A DNA stretch of 45,313 nt from a virus. Lineage: Duplodnaviria; Caudoviricetes. The DNA lies in IMG/VR virus record IMGVR_UViG_3300032253_000004, positions 1 through 45,313 of that record. The stretch is one strand, 5' to 3'. Each line of letters opens with the position of its first letter. Position 1 is the stretch's first letter. Position numbers and translations under genes: made by a program. A model generated the notes under the pieces. It was not told the DNA's origin, did not search any database, and saw nothing but the letters and a program-made list of their open reading frames with translations. Shown one piece after another: positions 1 to 8,767 of this stretch.

Positions 1-127
1 ACCGGTGACGCTGGCCGATCTGGGCGAGCTCGCCGGGGCTGAGGGCGCGCTGGTCCGTGCGGCGCTCAATGGCTGGCAGAAGCCCGAACGCATCAAGCCT
101 TTCATCGGGCGGTTCCGGGTTTTGATG
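1..127. repeat. Terminal direct repeat (assembly overlap), copy 1
   Basis: 1-127 is identical to 45187-45313; the reading frame is continuous across the join. Confidence 0.97.
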
Positions 128-412
128 GTTCTGGTCGATCTGGCCGAGGGTGACAGCGTCTGGCGCATCGCCACCGATTGCAGCGAGGATGAATTCAAGT
201 CGGTGTTCACCGGCGCGATGATCCATCTCAACATCGATGCGCGGCTCTACGGCACGCATTTCGCTGGTCGGGCTGTGGATAAAAACCGGGCCCGGTATTT
301 CGATGCAGACCCGTGGCACGTCGCGCTCAAACCCGATGTGCTGGCCGCCCTCGACCCGACCGCCAAGCCCGACACCCCATCGCCGCAACCCGAAAAAGGA
401 GAGGCCGCGTGA
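1..412 (+). CDS. C-terminal part of replication initiator (continues from 44606 across the junction)
   Basis: ORF 5..412 is in frame with ATG 44606 through the 127-bp overlap (45191 corresponds to 5). Confidence 0.8.
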   Translation, partial: PVTLADLGELAGAEGALVRAALNGWQKPERIKPFIGRFRVLMVLVDLAEGDSVWRIATDCSEDEFKSVFTGAMIHLNIDARLYGTHFAGRAVDKNRARYFDADPWHVALKPDVLAALDPTAKPDTPSPQPEKGEAA

Positions 413-1176
413 GCCGAACCAAACCCTCTGCGCCCCGCCGCATCATCGCCGCATCGCCCGCCATGGTGTCTGCGCTCGACGGGCGGTGCGAGCCTGCCGC
501 GCCAGCCGGAAAGCCTATCGTCCAGATCACCGGGCGCTATGTGGACAACACCGAGCCGGTTGGCCTGCCATCACACCGCACGGGCCCTGACGATGCGCAG
601 AAGCGCGAGGTGCAGCGGGCGATCGACCGGCTGGCCGTGCTTGACGATATCCGCTCGGCGCAGGGTCGGCTGTCCATCGATACCGGCCAAGCCTACACGA
701 TCATGGCACTCGGCGCGGAACTGGTCGGTGGCAAGATATCCAATCTCGCGCCGACCAAGCAGATCGGCGAGTGGGCCATGCGGCGTGGCCGCCGCGCTGC
801 CTGGCTGGTCCGGCCGCAGGTCGTGGCGCTGTGTGTTTATCACTCGCTGCATCTTATGAGCCTCATCGGAAAGTCCGGTGTGGACCCGGAGGCTGTGCGG
901 GTTGATGGCGGCGGTGGCGGCAGTATCGAGTTCGCCCTGTCAAACGCGATGGATGCCGAGCGTGAACGCCGCAGGGCGGCCGGATCTCTGCCTCGTCTCG
1001 ATGGTCGGCCGTTGCAGGCGCAGCTGATCGACTGGGTTGTGGTGCATGATCGGCCGATCGACGACTTTAAGATCGGTGATGTGTTCAAAATGACAGGCGC
1101 GGAATCGCAAGCTGTGGCAAGGCGAACGCTGTTCTGGGCGGCGTCAACTCATCTTGCAGAGTATTTTGGGAGTTGA
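409..1176 (+). CDS. Putative late-gene regulator/antiterminator (Q-position protein)
   Basis: GTG 409 overlaps the upstream TGA (GTGA); last early gene, directly before a promoter-terminator pair and cos. Function inferred from position only. Confidence 0.5.
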   Translation: MSRTKPSAPRRIIAASPAMVSALDGRCEPAAPAGKPIVQITGRYVDNTEPVGLPSHRTGPDDAQKREVQRAIDRLAVLDDIRSAQGRLSIDTGQAYTIMALGAELVGGKISNLAPTKQIGEWAMRRGRRAAWLVRPQVVALCVYHSLHLMSLIGKSGVDPEAVRVDGGGGGSIEFALSNAMDAERERRRAAGSLPRLDGRPLQAQLIDWVVVHDRPIDDFKIGDVFKMTGAESQAVARRTLFWAASTHLAEYFGS

Positions 1177-1202
1177 CACCAGACCGTCTGGGGAAGTATG
1201 CA
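1173..1202 (+). promoter_or_regulatory. Putative late promoter (pR'-like)
   Basis: TTGACA (1173-1178), 18-bp spacer, TATGCA (1197-1202). Confidence 0.55.
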
Positions 1203-1233
1203 TTTCATCACGTTGCAGAAATGCGCTCAATCG

Positions 1234-1269
1234 AAGCCCGCCCGGCAAAAGCCGTGGCGGGTTTTCTTT
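1234..1269 (+). terminator. Intrinsic terminator (tR'-like)
   Basis: AAGCCCGCC-CGGC-AAAA-GCCG-T-GGCGGGTT hairpin followed by TTCTTT. Confidence 0.7.
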
Positions 1270-1320
1270 GGCCGGTCTGCACCGCAACCCACTGTATTCC
1301 TGTGCAAATCCAATGCGAGC

Positions 1321-1445
1321 GGGTCCTCCCTGGCCTAAAAATCGTATACGGGGCAGCTTAGCGTTTAATTTTACCAGCCACACAAGCTTTTGAAATGGTT
1401 GACGGTTGACGTTGACGCATCGGCGGATCTCGGGGTTTTGACACC
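1321..1445 (+). other. cos: Lambda-type cos packaging site (cosQ-cosN-cosB)
   Basis: GGGTCCT at 1321-1327, then 23 bp ending TACG, then GGGCAGCTTAGC; GTTGAC repeats at about 1398-1417; lies just upstream of terS. Confidence 0.7.
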
Positions 1446-1598
1446 ATGATGAAAACGCCGAACATTCAAAGCCATGCCATTGGAATGCGCGCAAACCACG
1501 AGCTGGGTCTGGACCCAACTCGGAGCGACGGTGCCACATTTGAGGAGGTCGCCGCAGCGCGTGCGCAAGCCGCTGACGCGGCGTAATTTGAAACGCCC

Positions 1599-2246
1599 AT
1601 GTCCAAGCCCAAGCTGCGCGAGCGCCAGCTGCCAGATGGCGGGGGTGCGGCCTATCTCGAAACTCTGGCGGCGTATGGCGAGGTGCGTGGTGTGTCGCGC
1701 GCGGCGGCGTCGAAATGGAACAAGGCGGGCCAGATTGTATTCGTTCCCGATGATGAGGGTCGCAAGAAAACCGGCTTGATCGATGTCGCGGCTAGTGATG
1801 CCAAACGGAATGCCGATCAAAATCCGGTCAAGCGCCAGGCGCCATCGCCATTGGTGACCGAAACCAACGACGATGCGGCACCCAAAAAGCCGAGCGATCC
1901 AACCCTGGAGGCGGTGACACAGGCCAAGGCAGGGTCTGCGGTTCTCGACCTGAAATTGAAGCGGCTGAATTACGAGGAAAAAGTCGGTAATCTGGTGCCA
2001 AAATCTGAAATGGAGGAACGCAATGCCGGGCGCGGCCACCGCATGGCCGAGGCCTTGATGCGGCTAGCCGGCGATGTCGCCGAGGATGCCAATCCCGACG
2101 ACCCGAACCGGGCCCGCAAGGTGATCAGCGCGGCCGTGCGCACACTGCTCGAACGCTTCATCGAGGGCGAAACCGAACGCCTCGATGCCGAAGCCGAACT
2201 GGACACCGCGCCGCAGACCGAGATGGCCGAGGTCGTTCATGCCTGA
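1599..2246 (+). CDS. terS: Terminase small subunit
   Basis: N-terminal HTH (AAYGEVRGVSRAAASKW), Nu1-like 'LKLKRLNYEEKVGNLVP'; precedes terL. Confidence 0.8.
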   Translation: MSKPKLRERQLPDGGGAAYLETLAAYGEVRGVSRAAASKWNKAGQIVFVPDDEGRKKTGLIDVAASDAKRNADQNPVKRQAPSPLVTETNDDAAPKKPSDPTLEAVTQAKAGSAVLDLKLKRLNYEEKVGNLVPKSEMEERNAGRGHRMAEALMRLAGDVAEDANPDDPNRARKVISAAVRTLLERFIEGETERLDAEAELDTAPQTEMAEVVHA

Positions 2247-4401
2247 CGGATCGGGTGCGGGCGGACCGCCGGACAATGAGTATCTGGTGTTTCGCGCCAA
2301 TGCGCGCGACATCGAACGCGCCTTTTTGGCGGGTCTGGCACCGGCGCCGCCGCTCGACATTCCAGCTTGGGCTGAGGAGCATATTAAATTTCCGGAAGGG
2401 TCGCCCTGTGAGGGTGAATTCCGGCTGACCACTGCGCCCTACATCGAGGAGATATTGCGCGCCGCCGAACCCGATAGCGGCGTCACCGATATTTCCGTGC
2501 CCAAATGCGTTCAATCATCGGGAACGACCGCCGCCGACATCATTCTGGCGGCCCGGCTGACCACCGCGACCATTCCGGCCATGGTGGTTCACCCGACGGT
2601 CGGTCAGTTCCAGGAATGGGCCGAGTCCAAATTCTGGAAAATGGCGCGCGCCTCCAGCGTGCTGGACCCCGAACCGGAGGATGACGAACCGCCGGGCGCG
2701 CTGCTCGCCCAAACCGGTCGCACCGAAGGCGGCTCGACTAGGAAAAAAATCAAATGGAAGCGCGGCTCCACCATTCTGGGCGCCGGGGCTGAAAGCCCGG
2801 CCACGCTGCGCCAGCACACCATCCGGCTGTTGATCCGCGATGATATCGATGGCTGGTCGCTGGATGCCGGCGGCGAGGGCGATCCGCTGGCCCTGTCCGA
2901 AGGGCGGCTGACCACCTATCGCGAAATGCTGCTCGCGCTCGCGGTCAATATTTCGACGCCCCTGGTGCTGCGCGGCTCACGCGTGCTGTCGCTCTACGGT
3001 CAATCTGACCAGGGCCGCTATTATATGGGCTGCACCGATTGCGGTGCGCGCACCGATTTTGATTGGGAGGATGTCCAGCGCAATCCCGTGCCGCCATATG
3101 AATGCCATGTCGTCTGTCCGGTTTGCGGCGTCCGTCACTACAGCGCCAACAAGCGCAAGATGATCGCCAAGGCGTCGGGCGCGGGCTGGATTGCCACGCG
3201 AGAGCGCGACGGTGTCAAACCGCCTAAGACGATCAAAGACGACACCGAATGGGAACGCTGGCGCACCCGCGACATGGGGCCATGGGCCGCCCATCGCGGC
3301 TTCTGGATCACCGGCATGATCAGCCGGTTTTTGAACTGGGATCGCATCGCCAGGGAAGAGGATGCCGCCGCGGGTGACCCGAAGGCTGAAATGGTCTTCC
3401 AGAACAATTATCTCGGTCGGGGTTATGACGTCAAAACCCTGACCCCCGATTGGGAAGTGCTGGCTGCGCGCGCTCGCAATACCGGGTTTCGCCGCGGTGT
3501 TCCGGTCTGGGGTCCGCTGGTCTTTACCCTGTCGGTCGATGTCCAGCGCGACGGGTTGTATTTTCTGGCCAAGGGCTACAACGCCAACGAGGAAGCCTGG
3601 TATCTCGACTATGGTTTCATCGCCGGTGAAACCGCAGAGCCGGGCACGGGCGCCTGGACGGGATTGACCAATATCGCCGAACGCGGGGTGGCGCTTCCCG
3701 GCGGTGCGGTGCGTGACTTTGATATCGAGGTGGTTGATTCCAACTACAACACGGACGCGGCCAAAGCCTGGGTGCGTGTCCGCGGGGCCCGCGCCATCGC
3801 CATCAATGGCGAGGCAGGCTGGGGCAAGCCGATTATCTATCGCGCCACCGAGTCCGATCTGAAAGCCTCGGGCAAGCGTCGCCGTTATGGTGGTGTCAAG
3901 ATCTGGCATGTCGGCACCTATCCGGCCAAGGCCGTGCTGGTCGCACGTTATGCCAAAACACTCGAGGCGACCGACGAGACCGGCCCGCCACGCGGGTTTT
4001 GCTGGTTTCCTGAAGACGCCGAGGAGGCGTTTTTTCGTCAGTTGACGGCGGAATATGTGCATGAGGAAACGCTTAAATCGACCGGCCTGACCCGCTCGAC
4101 CTGGAAGGCGCGCGGCGACAATCACTGGTTTGACTGCGATGTTTATTCGCTTGCCGGTCTCGACAAGCTGGGCGCGCGCGCTGGCAAGCGTGGTTCATGG
4201 TCGGACGATGACTGGGCGATCCGCGAGCGCGACATCCGCGCGGCCATCGAAGCCGCCGGCGGCCAGCCCGACCTGTTTGATATCGGGCGCGCCATTCCGC
4301 CCAAACCGGACACGCCAGGCGAACCGCGCTCACATGCTGGCGATTCACAGTCACGCCTTCCCGCTGCACTGGCCCGCCAGGCGCGTCTAGGGCGTCGATA
4401 A
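2239..4401 (+). CDS. terL: Terminase large subunit, lambda GpA family
   Basis: GpA motifs: PYIEEI, KCVQSSGT, GEGDP, ISTP, SDQGRYYMGCTDCG, VDVQRD, DNHWFDC; start taken as ATG 2239 overlapping terS. Confidence 0.95.
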   Translation: MPDGSGAGGPPDNEYLVFRANARDIERAFLAGLAPAPPLDIPAWAEEHIKFPEGSPCEGEFRLTTAPYIEEILRAAEPDSGVTDISVPKCVQSSGTTAADIILAARLTTATIPAMVVHPTVGQFQEWAESKFWKMARASSVLDPEPEDDEPPGALLAQTGRTEGGSTRKKIKWKRGSTILGAGAESPATLRQHTIRLLIRDDIDGWSLDAGGEGDPLALSEGRLTTYREMLLALAVNISTPLVLRGSRVLSLYGQSDQGRYYMGCTDCGARTDFDWEDVQRNPVPPYECHVVCPVCGVRHYSANKRKMIAKASGAGWIATRERDGVKPPKTIKDDTEWERWRTRDMGPWAAHRGFWITGMISRFLNWDRIAREEDAAAGDPKAEMVFQNNYLGRGYDVKTLTPDWEVLAARARNTGFRRGVPVWGPLVFTLSVDVQRDGLYFLAKGYNANEEAWYLDYGFIAGETAEPGTGAWTGLTNIAERGVALPGGAVRDFDIEVVDSNYNTDAAKAWVRVRGARAIAINGEAGWGKPIIYRATESDLKASGKRRRYGGVKIWHVGTYPAKAVLVARYAKTLEATDETGPPRGFCWFPEDAEEAFFRQLTAEYVHEETLKSTGLTRSTWKARGDNHWFDCDVYSLAGLDKLGARAGKRGSWSDDDWAIRERDIRAAIEAAGGQPDLFDIGRAIPPKPDTPGEPRSHAGDSQSRLPAALARQARLGRR

Positions 4402-4421
4402 CTAAAAATCTGGAGGCCTGT

Positions 4422-4655
4422 ATGGCTCGAACGCTTGAGCAGATCGATGCGGACATCGCGACTTACACTGCGCGATTGGACGCTTCTCTCGATCCTGAGC
4501 GCGCAGAGCGGGTCAAACATGGTGATCGAGAGCTGTCATTCGGCGCGCGCGGGCCTGACATGGTCAATGAGATTCGCCGCCGTCTGCGCGAGCTCAGCAT
4601 TGAGCGCGCCCGTGTATCGGGTGAGGGCTCGCCTGTCCGGCCAGTAAGGGTTTAA
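4422..4655 (+). CDS. Head-tail joining protein (gpW-like)
   Basis: 77 aa between terL and portal; 'VKHGDRELSF' pattern; GGAGG RBS. Confidence 0.75.
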   Translation: MARTLEQIDADIATYTARLDASLDPERAERVKHGDRELSFGARGPDMVNEIRRRLRELSIERARVSGEGSPVRPVRV

Positions 4656-4659
4656 CGCC

Positions 4660-6300
4660 ATGTCGCAAGCTCAGGCGGTTGCCAAGCCGCGCATCCGTGT
4701 TCCCGCTGGATCGTCACGTCGTCCGCAATCAAGCAATTCGTTGGTCCGCGAACGCATGCCGTCCTCGGCCTACGCGGCCGGTGATCCGTTTGAGCCCGCC
4801 TTTGCGGCGACGCGTTCGATTTCCGGATCGGCGGACCGCGACTGGTTAGCTGTTCGCCTGGAGGCGATCGCGCGATGCCGTGATGTCATTGCCAATGATC
4901 CTGTTGCGGCGTCTGGCCTTGAACAAAAGCTGTCGCTGATTGTCGGTGATGGTTGGAAATTTGAGTCGATGCCGGACTATCGGGCCTTCAATCTTGACCC
5001 GACCAGCGATGAATACGAAGCGCTATCCGATTCCATCGAAACGGTCTGGCGCGAAGTCACAGAAGATCCGTTGTTTCGTGGCGATTATGAGGAACGCCTG
5101 CCCTACGACCTGCAGCTGGACATGCAGGTCCGCCAGTATTCAGGCCCAGAAGGCGAGGCTTTTGCGCTTCTACCCTTTGTTGACGATGGTTGGTGGGGCA
5201 CCAAGCTGCAGGTGATCGATGCCGAACGTGTCGCGCAGCCTGCAGGCCGCCCCGATACAGACAGCTGCCGGGCTGGGATTGAGTATGATGATCGCGGCCG
5301 CCCGATCCGCTGCCATGTTCTCGATGGTCATCCCTATGACATTGGCCTGGGCAGTTTGAACCGCTTCACCGGTCGCTGGATCGACAAGATCGCCGATTGG
5401 ACGCCGACCGCGACCCGTCCGCAATGGATACACATCATGAAGCCGCGCCGCCCCGGCCTGACACGCGGCATCTCCGATTACATGGCGTCATTGTCGACCT
5501 TTCAGTATCTGCGCGATCTTAACAAGGCCGAGTTGCGCACGCGTTTAATCAATGCGCTGATCGTGGCGCAATACACCAGCCAGACTAATGACCCTGAAAC
5601 GCTTGGCGAGATTTTGGGTACTCAAAAATCGGGTCAGGAATTACTCGACCTTCGATCTGAATATTACGAAACCGCTGGCCTGACACAGGTGGCGGGCAGT
5701 CGCATCATCCAGAATTTTCCGGGTGACAAGCTGGAGTGGAATTCTGAAATGCGCGCCGCGACGGCCTTTGCTGATGTAGCCGCCTTCATGGGCGTGCAGG
5801 CTGGTGCCGGGATCGGTCTGGGCTATTCGCTTATGACGCGGGACTTTTCCAAGACGACGTTCTCGTCCGCGCGTACTGAAATCAACGACTCCGTGCGCCA
5901 GACCCGCCGCGAGCGCAATATTGTGCGACATCTCGGTGTGCGTCCTTATCGCCTTGCCGTCCTGCAGGAAGCCTATGAGGCCGGTCGGTTGGCTTTACCC
6001 AAGGGTGCGCCCTCGATCTGGGATGCGCCAGGTGCGTATCTGGCCGGCACCGATATCGGTCCGGGCCGCGAATATGTCGATCCTGTCAAGGAGGCGACCG
6101 GCGACCGATTGGAGATGGAAAACATGTCGGCCAGCCCGAGCGACATCGCCGCGCGGCGTGGTCAGTCTCTCGAAGAGGTCGCGATCCGGTCCAGCCGCGA
6201 CAGGCGCATGCTGGAGCGTCACAATCTGTCGATGGGCGATGTTCGCGATTTCGTTTCTGCCAATGCCGAACACAGTTCGCGCGACGCTGCCGACGCCTGA
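4660..6300 (+). CDS. Portal protein, lambda family
   Basis: ARCRDVIAND, KLQVIDAERV, RPGLTRG, DFSKTTFSSAR, YVDPVKE motifs. Confidence 0.95.
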   Translation: MSQAQAVAKPRIRVPAGSSRRPQSSNSLVRERMPSSAYAAGDPFEPAFAATRSISGSADRDWLAVRLEAIARCRDVIANDPVAASGLEQKLSLIVGDGWKFESMPDYRAFNLDPTSDEYEALSDSIETVWREVTEDPLFRGDYEERLPYDLQLDMQVRQYSGPEGEAFALLPFVDDGWWGTKLQVIDAERVAQPAGRPDTDSCRAGIEYDDRGRPIRCHVLDGHPYDIGLGSLNRFTGRWIDKIADWTPTATRPQWIHIMKPRRPGLTRGISDYMASLSTFQYLRDLNKAELRTRLINALIVAQYTSQTNDPETLGEILGTQKSGQELLDLRSEYYETAGLTQVAGSRIIQNFPGDKLEWNSEMRAATAFADVAAFMGVQAGAGIGLGYSLMTRDFSKTTFSSARTEINDSVRQTRRERNIVRHLGVRPYRLAVLQEAYEAGRLALPKGAPSIWDAPGAYLAGTDIGPGREYVDPVKEATGDRLEMENMSASPSDIAARRGQSLEEVAIRSSRDRRMLERHNLSMGDVRDFVSANAEHSSRDAADA

Positions 6301-6320
6301 TCTAAAAAGGAAAACCGACC

Positions 6321-7931
6321 ATGCTTCGACCCCGCGTTTCGCGGGCACGCTCACGCGCGCCCCTCACCCTGTCCGGCCCGACCTTGCTGGCGCTTCACGC
6401 CGGTCACGACAACGAACTGACGCGGCTGGCCTCGGCTCGGCCCTGGCAGGTCGATCCGTCCTGTGACAAGTCCATGATGGACCGGTTGCGCGGGCTCGGT
6501 GCGTCATTAACCGGTGATGATGCCGCTCCCGCACTGCCGGAGTCGCTGGCTGGAATGGACGCGCTCTACGATTTTGAAGCGGGCTATTTTATTGCCGGTG
6601 ACGTGGCCATCATCACGATTGAAGGCGTACTCGCGCCCAAGGGGTATTACGACTATTGGGATGATTGCTGGGTGCCCGGTTATTCCGATATCGCCGAGGC
6701 CGTCATTCATCTCCAGGACGATGATCGCGTCGTTGGCGCGTTGGCAAGCATCTATTCGCCGGGCGGTGTAGCTTATGGCTGCGACGAACTGGCCGCCACG
6801 ATCCGTCAGCATTCCGCGCGTAATGGCGGCAAGCCGATTGCGGCCCACTGCCAGATGGCGTTCAGCGCGGCCCAGTACATCGCCAGTGCCTGCGATGCGA
6901 CTTACGCGCCGCGCGCGGCAGGTCTCGGCTCCATTGGTGTGCGCATGGGCTGGTTCGATTTCTCCGGTATGATGGCCGAGGACGGCGTCAAACGCGAAGA
7001 ATTCGTGTCCGGCAAATACAAGGATTCCGGCTCGCCTTTCCGGCCCGTGACCGATGAAGAGCGCGCCATGTTCCAGGCCGATATCGACACCCATGCCCGC
7101 TTTTTTTTCGAAGCGGTGGCCGAGGGTCGCGATCTCGACGCGAACGCCGTTCGCGATTGGGGCGCACGAACATTTACAGCGGGTGCCGGCGGCGCACTCG
7201 ACCCGGAAGCCGCTGGCCTGCTCGACGCTGTTTTGACAGAACGCGAGGCTTTTGACGCAGTGCGCGAACTCGCCGGACAAGCATTGATAACCCGTTCCAC
7301 TTCGACATCCACACCCGAACCGGCGGCGACCGCCCGCGCCGCGTCGGTGCGCCCTGCGCGGCGCATGTCATCCACCTCGGGCGGTAACAAGGAGGAGACC
7401 ATGTCTCTCAAATCGACAATCGCCGCGCTGCGGGCCAAAGCCGCCAATGGCGACACCGCCGCTGCTGCGGAACTGGCTGAATATGGCATCACCGCCACGG
7501 CGGGCGGTGTCACACCGAACAGTGAAAGTGATGCCCCCGATCCTGATGGCGAAGGGGGCGATGATCCCGATCCAGACGCCGAGGGCGATGATCCGGACGC
7601 TGATGACGGCGCTGACCCCGACGCGGATGAAGACGACGATGATGTTGAGCCCTCTGCGCTTGGCGATGCGGGCCGAAAAATCGCCGCCATTGCTGGGCGT
7701 GACGGCAAGGCGGCGCTCGGTGCCTCGCTCGCCGTCGATGTCACCGCCGGTGATGTGAAATTTGGCGCGGCACTGCGCGCGCTAAACTCGGCGGGGCGAG
7801 ATGCCTCGGCTTTTCGCACGCTCGCGGCCAACAACACGCCCAAGGGTCTGTCACCCAGTAAGGGGCGCAAGTCGGCCAATGCTGCCGACGACACGTTGGC
7901 TGCATCCATGAAGGCCGCCAACCGCCGCTAA
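6321..7931 (+). CDS. Capsid maturation protease (S49/gpC-like) with C-terminal scaffold
   Basis: SPGG, AFSAAQYIAS, GSIGV, SGKYK motifs; acidic low-complexity C-terminus. Confidence 0.92.
   Translation: MLRPRVSRARSRAPLTLSGPTLLALHAGHDNELTRLASARPWQVDPSCDKSMMDRLRGLGASLTGDDAAPALPESLAGMDALYDFEAGYFIAGDVAIITIEGVLAPKGYYDYWDDCWVPGYSDIAEAVIHLQDDDRVVGALASIYSPGGVAYGCDELAATIRQHSARNGGKPIAAHCQMAFSAAQYIASACDATYAPRAAGLGSIGVRMGWFDFSGMMAEDGVKREEFVSGKYKDSGSPFRPVTDEERAMFQADIDTHARFFFEAVAEGRDLDANAVRDWGARTFTAGAGGALDPEAAGLLDAVLTEREAFDAVRELAGQALITRSTSTSTPEPAATARAASVRPARRMSSTSGGNKEETMSLKSTIAALRAKAANGDTAAAAELAEYGITATAGGVTPNSESDAPDPDGEGGDDPDPDAEGDDPDADDGADPDADEDDDDVEPSALGDAGRKIAAIAGRDGKAALGASLAVDVTAGDVKFGAALRALNSAGRDASAFRTLAANNTPKGLSPSKGRKSANAADDTLAASMKAANRR
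7401..7931 (+). CDS. Nested in-frame scaffolding protein (Nu3-like)
   Basis: AAGGAGG RBS upstream of in-frame ATG 7401 inside the protease gene. Confidence 0.7.
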   Translation: MSLKSTIAALRAKAANGDTAAAAELAEYGITATAGGVTPNSESDAPDPDGEGGDDPDPDAEGDDPDADDGADPDADEDDDDVEPSALGDAGRKIAAIAGRDGKAALGASLAVDVTAGDVKFGAALRALNSAGRDASAFRTLAANNTPKGLSPSKGRKSANAADDTLAASMKAANRR

Positions 7932-7994
7932 CCCGGCCGGATTGCCCTGGACGGGCCTGCCCCGTTCTCATCTCATCCATGAAAGGAGAGCGCT

Positions 7995-8678
7995 ATGACG
8001 CTCATGGTATCGACTGGTACGGCGCCTAAGGCCCCGTCTGACATCATCAAATTTGAAACAAACCCCAGCTATTGCCGTGCCGAAGGCGTATTGCTTGCCG
8101 GTGACGGTGCGGCCCGTGAAATCGCCTTTGGCGAAGTTCTCGGTGCAGCGGTCTTTGGCACTCCGGTCTATGCGGCCGGCGGCGGCAATACTGGTGATGG
8201 CGCGGCGTCCGGACTTGCCCTGAAGGCCGGCGCCCAGCTGGGTGTCTATACGCTTGAATGCATCACAGCGGCTACCGATGCCGGTGTATTCGCTGTGTTT
8301 GACCCCAACGGCAATCGCCTCGCGGATCTGACTGTCGCCGTCGCATACGATAACGGCCAGTTCGCCATCACTATCGCCGATGGTGCCGCTGACTTTATCG
8401 TTGGGGACACCGCGACCGTCACGGTCGGTGAAGGCACTGGCAAACTGGTCGCCCGCAGTCTGACAGCTGTAGACGGTACGGCCCGCACAGCCGGAGTTGC
8501 GATTAAGGCCGCCACGGCCGCCGATGGCACTGACGGCAAGGTGCTTTTTGAGAAGCGCGGGCCGGCAACTTTGCTTCGCGACGAGATTGTCTATCCGACA
8601 GGTGCGTCCACCGACCAGAAAGCGGCGATTGACGCCGAGCTTCTGGCGGCCGGCATTCTGGTCGAAACCGGCATCTAA
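7995..8678 (+). CDS. Head decoration protein with inserted domain
   Basis: SYCRAEGVL, GEVLG, DGTARTAGV, final 'LLAAGIL' pattern; sits between protease and MCP. Confidence 0.8.
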   Translation: MTLMVSTGTAPKAPSDIIKFETNPSYCRAEGVLLAGDGAAREIAFGEVLGAAVFGTPVYAAGGGNTGDGAASGLALKAGAQLGVYTLECITAATDAGVFAVFDPNGNRLADLTVAVAYDNGQFAITIADGAADFIVGDTATVTVGEGTGKLVARSLTAVDGTARTAGVAIKAATAADGTDGKVLFEKRGPATLLRDEIVYPTGASTDQKAAIDAELLAAGILVETGI

Positions 8679-8767
8679 CGCCTGCCCGGGCCGGGTGACC
8701 CCGGTCCGGATCTTCCCACCTCGGATGCAGGCCGCGATCGGCCCGCCCAAAATCAAGGAGAGCCGAC

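Noticed and set aside
1355-1378. CtrA box near cos (TTAGCGTTTAATTTTACC)
   Set aside because: Does not fit TTAA-N7-TTAA; I found no full CtrA box by eye, though a motif scan is needed to exclude them
2500-2860. Non-canonical terminase Walker motifs (KCVQSSGT, IRDDID) as a sign of inactivity
   Set aside because: GpA-family Walker motifs are variable; the gene is full length with the nuclease motifs intact
2977-4125. Long antisense ORFs opposite terL (also opposite the protease, tape measure, J and ParB genes)
   Set aside because: Expected reverse-frame ORFs from GC-biased codon usage; no motifs or RBS support
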